64,000 nt of DNA from Albugo candida (taxonomy: Eukaryota), in NCBI GenBank assembly GCA_040437565.1, contig JBDOQK010000057.1:62001-126000 (forward strand), read 5' to 3'. Shown here piece after piece: positions 40,010-53,070 of the stretch (its first letter is position 1; the number at the start of each line of letters is the position of its first letter). The notes below the pieces were generated by a model. The model ran no database searches, had not been told where the DNA came from, and saw only the letters and a list, made by a program, of their open reading frames with translations. The translations under genes were made by a program, and so were the position numbers.

Positions 40010-40745
40010 AAAGTTTTGCCGTTATAAGCATACGCAATGATATTTGACAACGCAGGTGATATTAGATTTAGTACTCACAAAAGCAAATATTTAGGGAGAA
40101 CTTATTGCTAGAATCACATTCAGTATCAAAGAATGACGTGAATAGAATGATAAGATTGGTGTTATCTACTTAAATGTGGATATTAGATCAAGAGGTTTCG
40201 TCGTTATGAAGGTACGCAAAGATATGTAACAACACCGGTAATATTAGATTTAGTACTCACAGAAGCAAGTGTTTAGAGAGAATTCATTGCTTGAAATTCA
40301 TTTAGCATGAAAGAACAAAGAAAACAAAAAGATAAGATTGTAATCACACATTTAAGCTAGATATTAGACCAAAAAATGAAAGAGGTTTCGTCGCTATAAA
40401 GGTACGCAAGGATTGTTAACAATGCAGTTGATATTAGGTGTAGTATTGACAAAAGTAAGTATTTAAAGAGAACTCATTGCTTGTGATTCATTCAGTATAA
40501 AAGAAAAAAACAAAAGGATAAGATTGTTATCACACACTTGAGCTAAATATTAGATTAGAAAACAAAGAGGTCTCGTCGTTATGAAGGTACCCAAGGATAT
40601 GTAACAATGCAGGTGATATTTAGATGTAGGAGTCAGAAAAGCAAGTGATGAGGAAGAAGTTATTACTAGAACAAGCAATAGTATCAAAGCATGGGGTGAA
40701 TGTAATGATAAGATTGTTATTACTCACTTAAATAGAGATATTACG
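40010..40745. repeat. Tandem repeat, 182-190-bp unit, ~4 copies
   Basis: An ATATT(T)AG anchor occurs at 40059, 40241, 40431 and 40616. GATAAGATTG is in every copy, and AGAGGT.TCGTCG.TAT.AAGGTAC is in three copies. Confidence 0.9.
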
Positions 40746-40859
40746 GAAGGACATGCACTAGAAAATCAACACTATTACTATACTAAAAGCGGACTATTAT
40801 CTCACTACTGACCGAGGGCATAAAATAAATTTATCCAATCATATACAACATTGATTAAA

Positions 40860-41305
40860 AACCAACTTAGTTTTTTCCTTACTTTGAATCTAGTAGAAAC
40901 TAGAAATAATCAGTAATTACCGTAATAAAAAGCAGTGTAATAACTCACTTACTTTGAATCTAGTAGAAAATTAGAAAGAACCAATAATAGTACTATTATA
41001 AAATAACAGTCTGAAAACTGACTCACATTGAATATAATAGAGAATTATGAATAATGAGAAATTTTACCGTAATAAACAGCAGTCTAATAACTCACTTACT
41101 TTAAATCTAGTAGAAAATTGAAAAGAATCAATAATATTACTATAATAAAAAATAGTGTGATAACTGACTTACTCAAAATCTACCCTAATCAGAAATAATA
41201 CCGTAATAAAAAGCAGTGTAATGACTCACTTACTTTAAACCTAGTAGAAAACTAGAAACAATCCGTAATATTACTGTAATAAAAAGCAGTCATAGTCACT
41301 AGTCG
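40860..41305. repeat. AT-rich tandem repeat, ~70-74-bp monomer (~140-bp dimer)
   Basis: CTTACTTT(G/A)AA(T/C)CTAGTAGAAA at 40878, 40948, 41095 and 41229. ACCGTAATAAA.AGCAGT occurs three times. Confidence 0.9.
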
Positions 41306-44300
41306 TTAGTAATTGAATCGTCAGTACTGATTCAATAAACCAGATATCGCGAGCAGATTGCAATCGATCATAATCAATTTGCCTCGGAAAGAAGAAGTCC
41401 GGCAAAGGTATACAAAACAAAAAAGGCCTGAATTCGATAAAAAACATGAACGGTGACGAAGTTGACGCATGCGCTCACGTTTTCCGAAGATGTCATCGTT
41501 TCTGAAGCAGCTTGATTCTTCTTGATTCAGCGGGATGATGGCAGTAGACGAAAGAGCTCACTTTAAGTCCCAATGCTTCTCGAGTTTCAACGCTTGCTAT
41601 GCCACAACTCAACCTGAGTTTTTATCTGCCTGCTGGAATCTATTCAAAGGTCACAGAAATTTCATTATTAAACAAAAATCTTCTTTTGAATTCTATTATT
41701 TCCTATTTTGTAGTATTGGGTATGCAGAGGATACATTCGACAAAATTTGCACATTGAAAAATGAAGCGATGCGATCGAAGAATGCTCTTGGAAACTCACA
41801 ATATATAAATAATATCTTCAATTACGTGAAAGAAAGAATTTAGTTTAGTATATTCTAAATCAAATTCAAAAAATATATATACAATACCTAAAATTACCGA
41901 AATTCATTTATATCATGTTCACGCTGCATATATATACACATCAGAAGTCATGCTTCTAAAATACTAGTGTAAGACTTTTTATAAGAGCCAAGTTTTTTGT
42001 AATCAAAATTTAATATAGCTTCTTTCTCTCACGCAGTCGTGAAAGTAAGTTCAAGATGCAGCTTTGTGCATGCTTTCTTCTTCTTTCGAACAGTAAAAAA
42101 ACGAACGCTCATATTGATTCATTACTTTATCTAAAATCAGTAAACGGCTGATCTACATCACATGATTATCGTCAGGCCACGAGAGAACCTCATATAGTTA
42201 CATCACAAATCAATAGCCACACATTTCAAGCGAACTTATAGCTGCCTATGCTCAAGCGCACGTATGGTATCCTATAATGTTCGGTACGCTTTGAATTAAT
42301 ATGCAATTGGGAAAAACAAATGATTGCAAGATCCCAGCTATGATAAAGCACGTTTGTCCTTCATTCAAATGAGTGACACCCCTCTTCCACAGGATGCTAT
42401 AGACATAGAGAAGGTAGGGCTAGAAAGTCTGATTTATCCGTCCTCTGTATTGTTTCTTAAGAGTGATGAGACATTTAATGTAATCTCAGGGTATATTTCG
42501 AAGGAGCTTCTGCATCATATTATAGTTTTGTGCACTTCACCGAACTAATTGTTCCGATTCTATTTTATACAACTATCGGATAAAAGCTTCAAGTGCACTT
42601 GAGAGATGGTGAACGTTTTCAAACGAACGTTCAGTTCTATAAGACTTCAATTATTAGTAGACTTGCTTCGTTTTGATTTGTCTTGGAGATTTTACCTCAG
42701 AATTTATTTACAACTCTGCGAAGGATAAACGTTGGAATGCTAATCAGATCATTTCCTACAAGTCGAAAATGAATGTCAATGGACTCAAAGAATTGGTAGA
42801 AACATATCAATGAAGGATGTATCTCAATGACAAGCAAGTGTTCGTGAATCGTACCCGTACGATAAGTAGGGCAGAAGTCAAGACGATAAGTTCACCGTCC
42901 ATCACCACAAAAGTGCGTCTGTTTTATTATGAATACCCACTTGCACGTGAAAGACGTATTACCACCCCTGCAAACGGCTGTATATCTGGAGGATGGTGGT
43001 ATGCCGTACGTAATGTAGAATAAAACGATGCCGTGAATCAAACTACCGCAGCTCGCAGAATTTCGGACCTGCGTGACGCAAACCACGATTCGGAAGGAAA
43101 CAGTGAGCATTGGAATGGCTATAGGAAATACACCCGAGTCGCTCTGATTTGTAACTCTTGCTATAAAATGAAATGAGCAGGGAAAATTGAATTGTACTCG
43201 AAGCATAAGCGCCAGTAGCTGCTCTATGCACAACAATAGGCCAATATTTTCAAAACATGCATGTTTTATAAAATACAGAAAGTACCGCAGTAACGCGGCG
43301 CATTTAGTCTTCTCAGCCAGCAAAAACGATCGGGGTAAATTACGAAATATAAGCGCAAATCAGGATGTGAATAACCGTTATGAGAGCTTTCACGAGTGAT
43401 TTTTTTTATTACGGTGGCTGCAGCTGTAAAGGTTTCATCCTCAAATTTGGCTTCACCTTTATACATCAAAGGAATCCACCCCGTACCAGCGCAATGGCTT
43501 TTCTGTGGTCATCGGAGAGGCTTTGTGATGTATTGACTCAACCACACGTCCTTTGTTTGGGAGAGATTCAATATCATGATCTTTCCGAACAGGAAACGTT
43601 TTTTTCTCAAATTACTCAATGCTCATTTATGTTTTATTTTAATAATGTACGAGTATGAGAGTTAGTCGGATATGTCATTGCTTTAGGCTTTGAGTAGAAC
43701 GATAATATTCTTGCTTCTTCTTCGGCAACCGATATAAAGTGTTTAGCGCGCAGTGTCGTATGCAAAATAAGGAGGATCTGGTTCAATGCGCTACCCATTT
43801 TCCGAAACGAAACGAGTAGAGATTATTTATCCAATCTCACGCTCTGATTCACTTGTATGCGACGTAATTCTTCTTACTTATTGACGTAGCGTGTAGCGTC
43901 ACACGAACTATAAATCAGTGATGTTCTCTCTTTTAGTCATTGATTCGCTCATCAGTTTTGTTTTATGAATTGCTGAGAAAATACTACAAACCAAGTTCAT
44001 TCTGAATGCGGCTTTTCGAAAGCAAATTCGACCGCCAAGCGACTAATTTTCATCCTCACCTTGACAAAGTCAATACACAGATACTGCTGTCTCATTTCCA
44101 GAATAAGAGCTTGAATACGACAATCTTCCAGCTTCTTTGAACTAACGACATTGTCGTTGACTTGACTTCATCACGTTATCACCAGATTCCGTTTTGTGCT
44201 GATATATTATACAGCTCATTATATTCTTGCTGCAAATAAAGTCATCATAATATTTCATCATTCAATTACCAACTTTTCATCCCAAACCACGCACCTTTTG

Positions 44301-47300
44301 TATCGGATGAGAAGGCATAAGCAGTTGCACAAATCGTGGAGATACAATGTATAGTAAAGCCGCAGTTAGCCTGCGACTATCGGGAATGTGGAAATATTGA
44401 TATTATTCGGCAGCTGGGTAAATTTACGGAGTCGAGGGTTTAGCGACGACTTTCTTCGCGGCAATTCCAGTCGAGCAGCGATGTCCTTGATCGCTGTAGA
44501 CAGCCTCCTGGATATAACGATAAATCAATGCTTCAACACAGAAGTTGTTCTGATTCGTCTGTTTTGCGTATCATATCAAACGTACATTTTACACTCTCTT
44601 TAACGTTCACAGACTCCATACACCAAAGTGTCTCGATTGATATCTCAAGTAAAAGTCCATGCGTTTAGAAGTTCATTTTCCCCGCAAGTTCCTGTGCACA
44701 TTCGGTCAATTCCTAATATTCTCTATTGATACTGATACGCTTGCAAACCATAGCGTTTTCTTTTATTGGGTTGTAGATAGCGTCCCTGTCGTCTAAATAT
44801 CGACGTGATGTCGCCGTCTGATAATGAAGGGAATACAATTTGCCATTTGTTAATCGATTTGCTTCAGGTTCTTCCCCATGCGGTTACATTTTGCGATTAG
44901 GAGGTCGTTCGGTTGGAACATGATGAGCGCATGTACTAAATTATTTATCATGTCTTATGAAAATGACGTGAGCTCCCATACTGAGCCATGACCCGGACTG
45001 CGCGTTGAAAAAGTTTTGAATCGTTCATTTGCTCTTCTAGAAGCAGACACTTGAGAAACGGCGGCCTTGAGTGCCGCCGTATCGAGTAGCATTCATGGTC
45101 AATACAAGAAATAAACGTATTGTTTCTCGTACATGAGCTCTAGTCGTGTCATCAAGAAGTATCATTTTCGCCAATGAATCCGAGAGTCTGTTTAACGCTT
45201 CAAGCTTTGTCACTGTAACGGAAAGTGTTTTTTCTGATACCCGAAATTGTCTGATGTCATCTCACACTGTCACGGAGAAATCTTGCGAGTTTCGAGCACG
45301 ACCTTCGTGATGAACGTTCAATGTGCCATGATAGATATTCGCTATTTGGATCGTTGACATTAAAGACGCCTTCACGTTTCTCATTGCCGATCATTCGATT
45401 AGACGTTGGGTTCGTGTGAATCAAACGCAAGACGCAGCACTCAATCCCCTAACCAATTTTCAACCTCATTCTATGTGTGAAAGTATGACTGCGTTCTGTC
45501 GTTCGCGTACATGATCGTTATTTCTCAAACCATGAGGATTGTGTACAATCTTGAAAGAGTAGTTCATACGCGTTGCGTAAATCATCATAACATGAGTTTA
45601 ATCAAAAATACAGCGATAAGCGCCTACCTATATCTATAAATAAAACTTCGACATGCTTGAGACTATCACATCGCTGCAAAAGATAGGCTTCTTGTGTCAC
45701 CGAATTACTAGTAAATGATCCAGTCCCGATAAGTCACTGGCTGATATATGCAATGCAAGCGGATGAACTTGATGATATGGAATACGTCACATATACGGTA
45801 TCAAGATATTGTCACGGGAAAAAGAAAAATGCAGTTGGAAGTATATTCCGGCGCCTGGCATCAAATATTATCACAAGGGTAAGTTATCAGTCATACATTA
45901 TCAGTTTCTTAGTTCGATATTGGAGTTAGAAGGCGATAAAATAGAGGAGCTTACCGAGAGGCTCCAATAAATTGTATCTCAGCGACCAAATGTTTTGTTC
46001 TTTTCTACCTTCCAAAACTTGAGAGAAAAACTCCTGTATTACATCAATCAATCGTTAAAGCCGTTTCATTCAGCCTTCCTGGAGGTGGAACGTCGCATTA
46101 GGATTTATTAGATGACTTGCATCTATCTAACAAGATATTCATGATGTGAAAAAGCGAATTTTGCCAGGGAAGAATTCAGTCAGATACTATGGGAACAATC
46201 TATTGTCGATTACGTAACTACGAAGTGGATCTAAAAAATAAGGTTGTGGCGCTTCCGCAGTAGTACGGAAACGCTCCTGTGTATAAATAATAGATTCTAC
46301 TTGATCTCGCAAGATAGGAATTGTTTGATAAATATAACTGCAGTCGTATTCTGTCATCTTGCATCTCTTCTGTGTTGACATACGCTGCTTCAATCTTGTC
46401 AATGAAAAATGATGGAATCTGGCTTCATCATAAATGAGGAGCGTGATTGTTATCAGCTACGTAGTTGAGCTTTTTTTCATTAGAGGATATACGTTTACAA
46501 GTCATCCCCGCTGGATCCCAATCGGACATAGGACTGACGATCATGCTGGCAATTAAATCATCAAGAAAACTCGAGAAATAACTATAATAGTATAGACACA
46601 TAGAATACACCACCCATTATGATAACTCATTTATAGATCATTTTTAGCCAGTTTCTGTTGTCCCCGTTCCGTCATCATTCCCGCAGGTAAAGAATAACAT
46701 GCATTTGATACCTACTGCTCCATACATAGCTTGATACATTAGTGAATATTCATTATGGAATAGGCTTATAATATTCTCTCACTCGCATGTGTTAAACGAA
46801 TGTTTTAATATTGTATCCCTTCCATAGCTAAAAGATGCATGAATAACCACTTGTCATCAGCATCAACGGCATAAACGGTTTGGTGTAAATGGACATGAAA
46901 GTGAATAAGAAAGCAACCTCGTAAAAATGAACGGAAGTTGTCCAACATGATTAAATTCGATCGTGAAAATGAAAGCAATCTTGCACTATATAATTAGCTG
47001 CTGATAGATTACCAGAAGCTACTGCCCGACCATACAGCGCTTCGGAAAATCTGTACCACGTGCTTACAAAGATATTCGCCAACATTAACGCACTTTGAAT
47101 GTTTGGTTATAGGTCACAATTTAACGTTACATAATAATTTTGTGGAGTGTGTCTTCACCAGTTGCTGATACTGTCGAGTTCACTGCAAGACCATTTTTTG
47201 ACGCAGGATTTTTAGCTATAGCAACTGGTGTGTATTCTTGAAACATGATATTTCCTCATATGTGATAACCCAGCAATAATACCAATAAAAGTTTTTGGGG

Positions 47301-49849
47301 TTTCTTACTATATATCAACGCATCTAGAATGTCCTATAAAGGTCACCGATCAATATAACGGTTCCTTTACCACATACTTAATCTATTCCAGGGACCCACA
47401 TCAGATTACCACTTTTCGGAGAGAAGGTTTGATGGACAAAGACCGTACGGCTCGTGAGAAAAAGCAGTGTACTGGGTGATCATCTGGATGAATAAGGATT
47501 TTTTTGGGCACTACAACTTCTTGCGTTTAGAAAATGCTGCGATTGAATGACACGAACTGCTACATTATACAGAATTATGTAAGACGCTTTCACTGTGTGT
47601 ATGAGCGAATGCACCAGCTTGACTTCTTATTGGAGTATTTCGACCATATGGCTTTTTATCGGCAGAGAGTATGTAAATATGGTCCCGGCATCATCGTCAG
47701 AAGGTGGGAGCACTAATTGCAAGAGAAGAAGGTTGGAAATTGTATTTGATTCTCCTTGAACCTTTGAGAAGGATGGAAGTGTGATGGACCAAAAAGATAA
47801 CGCCTATAACATGCGGCTTGTTATTCGTAGTGATCGTTAAAAAACAACAGAAAAAAAGTAGAAAATCGCACAAATCCGATTCGATCTTGATAAATCAATT
47901 ATGGCGAGCACCATTGCAAGAAAAAGAGAAACAGAAGTCATCCATTCAGTCCAACAACTTTGAACATACATGTACCTCATTGGAAACGTTAGATGGCCAT
48001 AAATATTATACGTACTGGAGACTTCCACCAGATATCGTAACGGAATAAATGACAACGAGCGGAAAGAATCAAGCTTGAACTCTTTCTTCAATGGATCCAC
48101 TGGGTCAAGCCGTCCTTTCAGTACATTTGGTCTATAAGTATGTCCCATTCCTCGTCCTCCACGGGCTTTATGGACTCGCAGTCCGAGCTGCGTAATACGC
48201 CACCCACCGACGCTCAAATCCTTGCAATCGTCTCACCTGATCCAAACGGACTGGGAAGAGATCTTTTTTTAGACGCGTAAATCGTTGGAAAAGCTGTGAA
48301 CCAATGGATTGGAGTGACATTCGTCTGGAGCTGACTCAGCAATTTTCACATGCAAGGTCTGCAGGATTTCAAGTCGAAAAAGTGATTTTGGGATTGAATC
48401 TTTTCGGTCTTACAGAGACGTACAGCTCTCGTTATTGTGTTCTAGATACGTTGGGACATTCGTACGAGCAAGATCGTGTCGTGTAGCACTCAACATTGCT
48501 TTTTCGTTGGTGCAGCAAAGAAGCAAGGCATCTGACGCTGTAATACTTTCGCAAAGTGAGAATATTAAAGCTAGTAATTGGTTTATAAGCTTTGTCATAG
48601 AAGGTTTTCTTCGCAATCAAATGAATTATATTAGCGGAATGGGCGCTGCTGCTACTAAGCACGTCGGTCGAGACGCGGTAAATACGCTTGTTAGGGAACC
48701 TTTTAAGACGACCGTAGCCAAGTAGAACCCGTCACGTATCCTTTTGAGGTGCAAAAAGCATGGAAGGTTCAAAGAAGTGAGATGAGAGGTAAGAAACAGC
48801 CTCAAAGCGTGTTGGAAAACAATTTGATGAAAATGCATAGAGACATCTTACAGCAGATATAACGAATTGACTTCACTTAAAAGTAGAAGACCTTGAGGTC
48901 GGTGGTCTGAATGTAGCGGTAACCATCGATAAAGTATGTCTTGTAGAAAATGATGCCGATTTTCGAAAGACTGCTGACAAACATCGTACCAGTGAACACG
49001 CAGCAGACGACTGGATACAGATGCCAAAAGATCGAACCGCCGCTTTATCGTCGCATACAACGCCAGAACATACTCCGGGACGACTGATATTCGAAGAACT
49101 ACGAGTATTGCTAAAGTTGCATCACGAAAATAAAGCTACATGGACCGCGCCACGTCGGTCCACCGAAAGTGATTCCTTCGTCGTCGAACGAGGCGTACCT
49201 GCATGGCGTATGGTTCCTTCGATAATTAGTGCCATTCGACAAATATATTCAGAAACAACTACGGCCAATTGTGTAATTCAACATTTGATCGACTTTTTCA
49301 CGATTTTTGAAGAGAAATGACAATGCAATCGACAATAGTTCCGGGCTTACGAGCTTCTATAGCACCCGAAGTAGTCGCGAAAACCGACAAATCTATCACT
49401 CTTCATGCGAGCAAACCCGCAGATACCGATGAAAATCTAAACGTTTAAGTGGTACGTCGAAAACGTTGCATTTTTGCTTTATGAACTAGCATTCTTGTAC
49501 AATTACAGGGATATAGTGATCACAAACACGTCTATTACTTATGGACTGCGTCACAACTCTTCAATTCGATGATTTACGTCGCCAAAGGTCTACTGTCCAA
49601 TACGGTACAAAATCCAATGGTTGAGAAATGGCAACACAAGCACCCACTTCTTTGATAGACGTATGCTTTCAGGACACGTTCGGTGGACACGAAGAAGGAT
49701 CTATGCAGCGAATGGTCTCCATTGATCCCGTATGTTCGCACTTCACTGTATTGAGTGTTCTTTCATCCCTTGGTACTCGCATACCACCTCGTTTCCTTAT
49801 AGGAGAAGGAAGATGTCAAACGCTCCGGAACTTCTTTTGAACATGGCAG

Positions 49850-50660
49850 ATTTCAAGACAATAGCTCAATGCACAATTCAAATGATTTTTGAATTTGGAG
49901 CGCTTCGGATGAAAAAGAAAAAAAAATGATGCTACAGACTCAAATCACCAAATTGACAAGCATGTAGGTGCAAGGTGCATTGTCTAATTAAACATTCCAA
50001 AGTTGGGATTATATCAGTATGATTGGTCCTTCACGTCAAAAGACGGATGAAGGGATAAGAGGGAAAGTGAAAAGTCATGAAGACATGCTGTCAAGACGTC
50101 GAATTATGGACAGCAGGATGCAGAATCTTTATTCAGAATTGAAAGATCAAGCTTGCGCGCTTGCAGCTCTGAAAGGCAACGATGTCAAGACGAAAAGATC
50201 TTTCCAGATATTTTGGATGAGCAAGAACATTTACAGAAGATCAAGAATGCTGAAATTACGAATGATATGAAAAATGCCGAAGAAATGAAGCAATTTCGGG
50301 AGACACTAAATCAAATATTAGACTATGAAGCGTCTTTGAAGGGAAATAAATTGAATATCATGGAAAAAGAAGACGAAGTGGGATGATTGATGGCAGACTG
50401 CAACCTTATAGTCCAAGAACAAGCTGAAGTTGCTCACGCAAAACGAATGAAGCCCGAGGATGCTCTTATTGAAGCTAAAGATTCTTTGGAACAACAACTG
50501 GATATTGATTGATACGTACTTATCGCAAGAGGTCACTCGCTGGCGTGAAGAAAATTTCCATTTAAGAATCAAATCGATGAGACAGATTTAAAAATCGTTT
50601 TGGTGGCACATGAAGAAAAGAACTGGCAACTGCGCCGCTCTTTAGGACGTGCATAAAGAT
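49850..50660 (+). pseudogene. Decayed coiled-coil protein gene
   Basis: E/K/Q-rich fragments 50019-50270 and 50153-50386 continue beyond in-frame stops. Confidence 0.35.
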
Positions 50661-52042
50661 GAATATAAATGCGTGCGAACTTGCGTAATCCGCAGTGGAA
50701 ATCGGTATAGAAATATTGTTCAAGGCAGCAATATTTCTGTGTTGTCGTAAAAGGAAAGAAGCTATACGGCTCTTCTCCAAGGCTTAGAGTGGAGACCTTC
50801 GCGTTCTAAGTATTTCGTTCGGCGTGGAATGTCGCGATTAGAGCCGTCGCCGGTCATTGTGCTCGCCTCACGAAGAAATATGTCACGGAAGTAGTCCAGA
50901 ATAGCTGAAGAATGGCTGTCATTCTTTCGAGGTGATCGATGCAAAGGTTGCCGGTATCGGAAAGTGTGAAAGAACTTCTGCTGTTCGTTCACTTTCTTGT
51001 TTGCAAAAAAAAAGAGCTATATCGGCTACAAGAGCACAAAAAAATTACCAGACGTAAATTCAAGGTCAATACTGCTACTTGTATTGTTTGTGTCTTCCTA
51101 GTTTGTTGTTAGATCCGAAGAATATTTGGTTTACCTTTTTTCTTTCTTTTTTCTGCTATAACGGTTTTACTTTTCAAAATAGATACCCAGCCCCCACACA
51201 TCTTCTTCCGTCGAGCTTTCATAGAGAATAGTACAACGGTTACACTTTACAACTACAGATTGATGCGCTTGTACTGATATCATTACCTTTTTGAACATGA
51301 TCAATAATTCGAAAGGATGAAAGCATGGCTTGTCGGGTCCAATTGCAGTGCAGTCCCCTTCATAGCAAACATTCTTGTTCAGTGTAAGGGGAATATCCGC
51401 ATTTTTGCCGATTTTTTTCGAAGAGAGATGGCGGAATTTTCATGGCTTTATCACCAAACTGGAATAGCACGACCTATTCAGCTTTTAATTTTGAAAAAAT
51501 ATGATTTCTGCTGGACGAATTGGATATCCTGATGCATATCCCCCTTCAGTGCCAAGACAATCTTCAGTTTTGTCTGTATCAAAGTGAAGCGTAGGGATCT
51601 CATAAGATGGAGATCAGTTCAGTACGTACGACCCACAAAAATTATCGATGTAGAAATTGAGGGAAATACTAATGTACTTCGGGAATTGAAGGTGGGTACG
51701 ATACTGAGGACGTTTCCTGAAGCTTTTAACGTATTGGAGACAAGAAGAAGCAGGACCTTTTGGATTTCTTGCACTGTCTTTTGCCAAAGAGAAGATTGAA
51801 GCTGATCTTGTCGTTGTGAATAACGATGAATCAATTGGATATGCAGTAATTCCCTGAACTCATATTCCGCGAATAGTCGGCGCAGTACCTTTCGTAAGCA
51901 AAAATGTATCGAATCTCTATTCATCTTGAATATAATCATTGACGATCGCTTGTATTGTTTATCTTTTTGACTGCATCTATTTATAAAGTCTACCAAGCCG
52001 AACAATTGACATGGACATTACTTACCGATTCGCGCACGCAAC

Positions 52043-52944
52043 ATGAGTACGTGGATGCTATAGCGTGTGAGCCTACACACGAATGTACTGGAGCTTTAAT
52101 ACTCGGCCAAGTAATCAACCTCGCAAATGGAGCTTTTCTAAGAGGACACGGAACGTATTTTGATAATTCAAAACTGATTGAGAGAGTTGGTGGTGCCGTA
52201 GAAAGAGTCAATCAACTCATATCCGTTAAGTCGATCGCAACACGGTACTTTGGAGAAGTCAGAGACATTATGGTCGTTCGTGCTGTATAAGCGGGGAATA
52301 AACACTGGTGGATCGATGTGAATTGCCAACATCACACATTGCTACTTTCCAGTACTGTATATCTTCCGGGTCGAGCGTAGCGGAGAAGAACATAAGAAGG
52401 TCAACTACAGATGCGAAAAAATTTCAAGAAATGATCTCATTAATACTGAAATTAGGGAAATGCGAAATGAAAAACAATAACTTTCCACACTAGTGCCGTG
52501 AGTTATGGAGCCCAGACAATAGGCAATTCGTTTGCCTATCGCCCTCATTGGTTAAACGGATGAAGCAGCATACGATCACACTTTGTGAGGATGTAAATCA
52601 CGACTGTATCACTAAAGCCAACGGATACAAGTGGATTACACGCAGTACGCAAGAAGGGACCGGGTTTATTGCCAAGATAAGCAGAAATCAGCGTCGGAAG
52701 TTATGGAAACAAATCTGAACTCTGGGCGAAGAAAAGGAAAGAAACTGCGCAAAAGCCTATGAACGTTCACGATAGAAGAAAGTTTTTTATGTACACCGAG
52801 CAATCCACCAGCTCGGAAAAAAGTAAAGATATATATCTCCAGAAAAGATTCTGGTGGCCTACCACCAATAGGGTACCATTTAGAAACAACGGCTGGCGAA
52901 CAGGATCACTGATGTCGGTATGTCACGTATCGTATACCCATTGA
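52043..52944 (+). pseudogene. RRP4: Exosome complex component RRP4 (EXOSC2) pseudogene
   Basis: GQVI...FLRGHGTY...GAVERVNQLISVKSIATRYFGEVRDI, in-frame TAA at 52288, then KHWWIDVN...LSSTVYLPG...RRRT, FHTSAVSYG, SPSLVKRMKQH and ANGYKWIT. Multiple stops and frameshifts. Confidence 0.9.
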
Positions 52945-53070
52945 GACGCGTGTATGATATATTAATTGACATTGCGCAATAAGCTGCTAGATGGAAGGTC
53001 ACGAATTTGCTATTAGAGATTTATATCTTACATTGATTCCTATACCAAGCGATAAAATTCTCCTGATACA

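Noticed and set aside
43700-49400. Additional protein-like fragments (minus-strand coiled coil at 43.7-45.5 kb, plus strand at 47.4-49.4 kb)
   Set aside because: Probably further decayed genes, but I could not support a family or boundaries.
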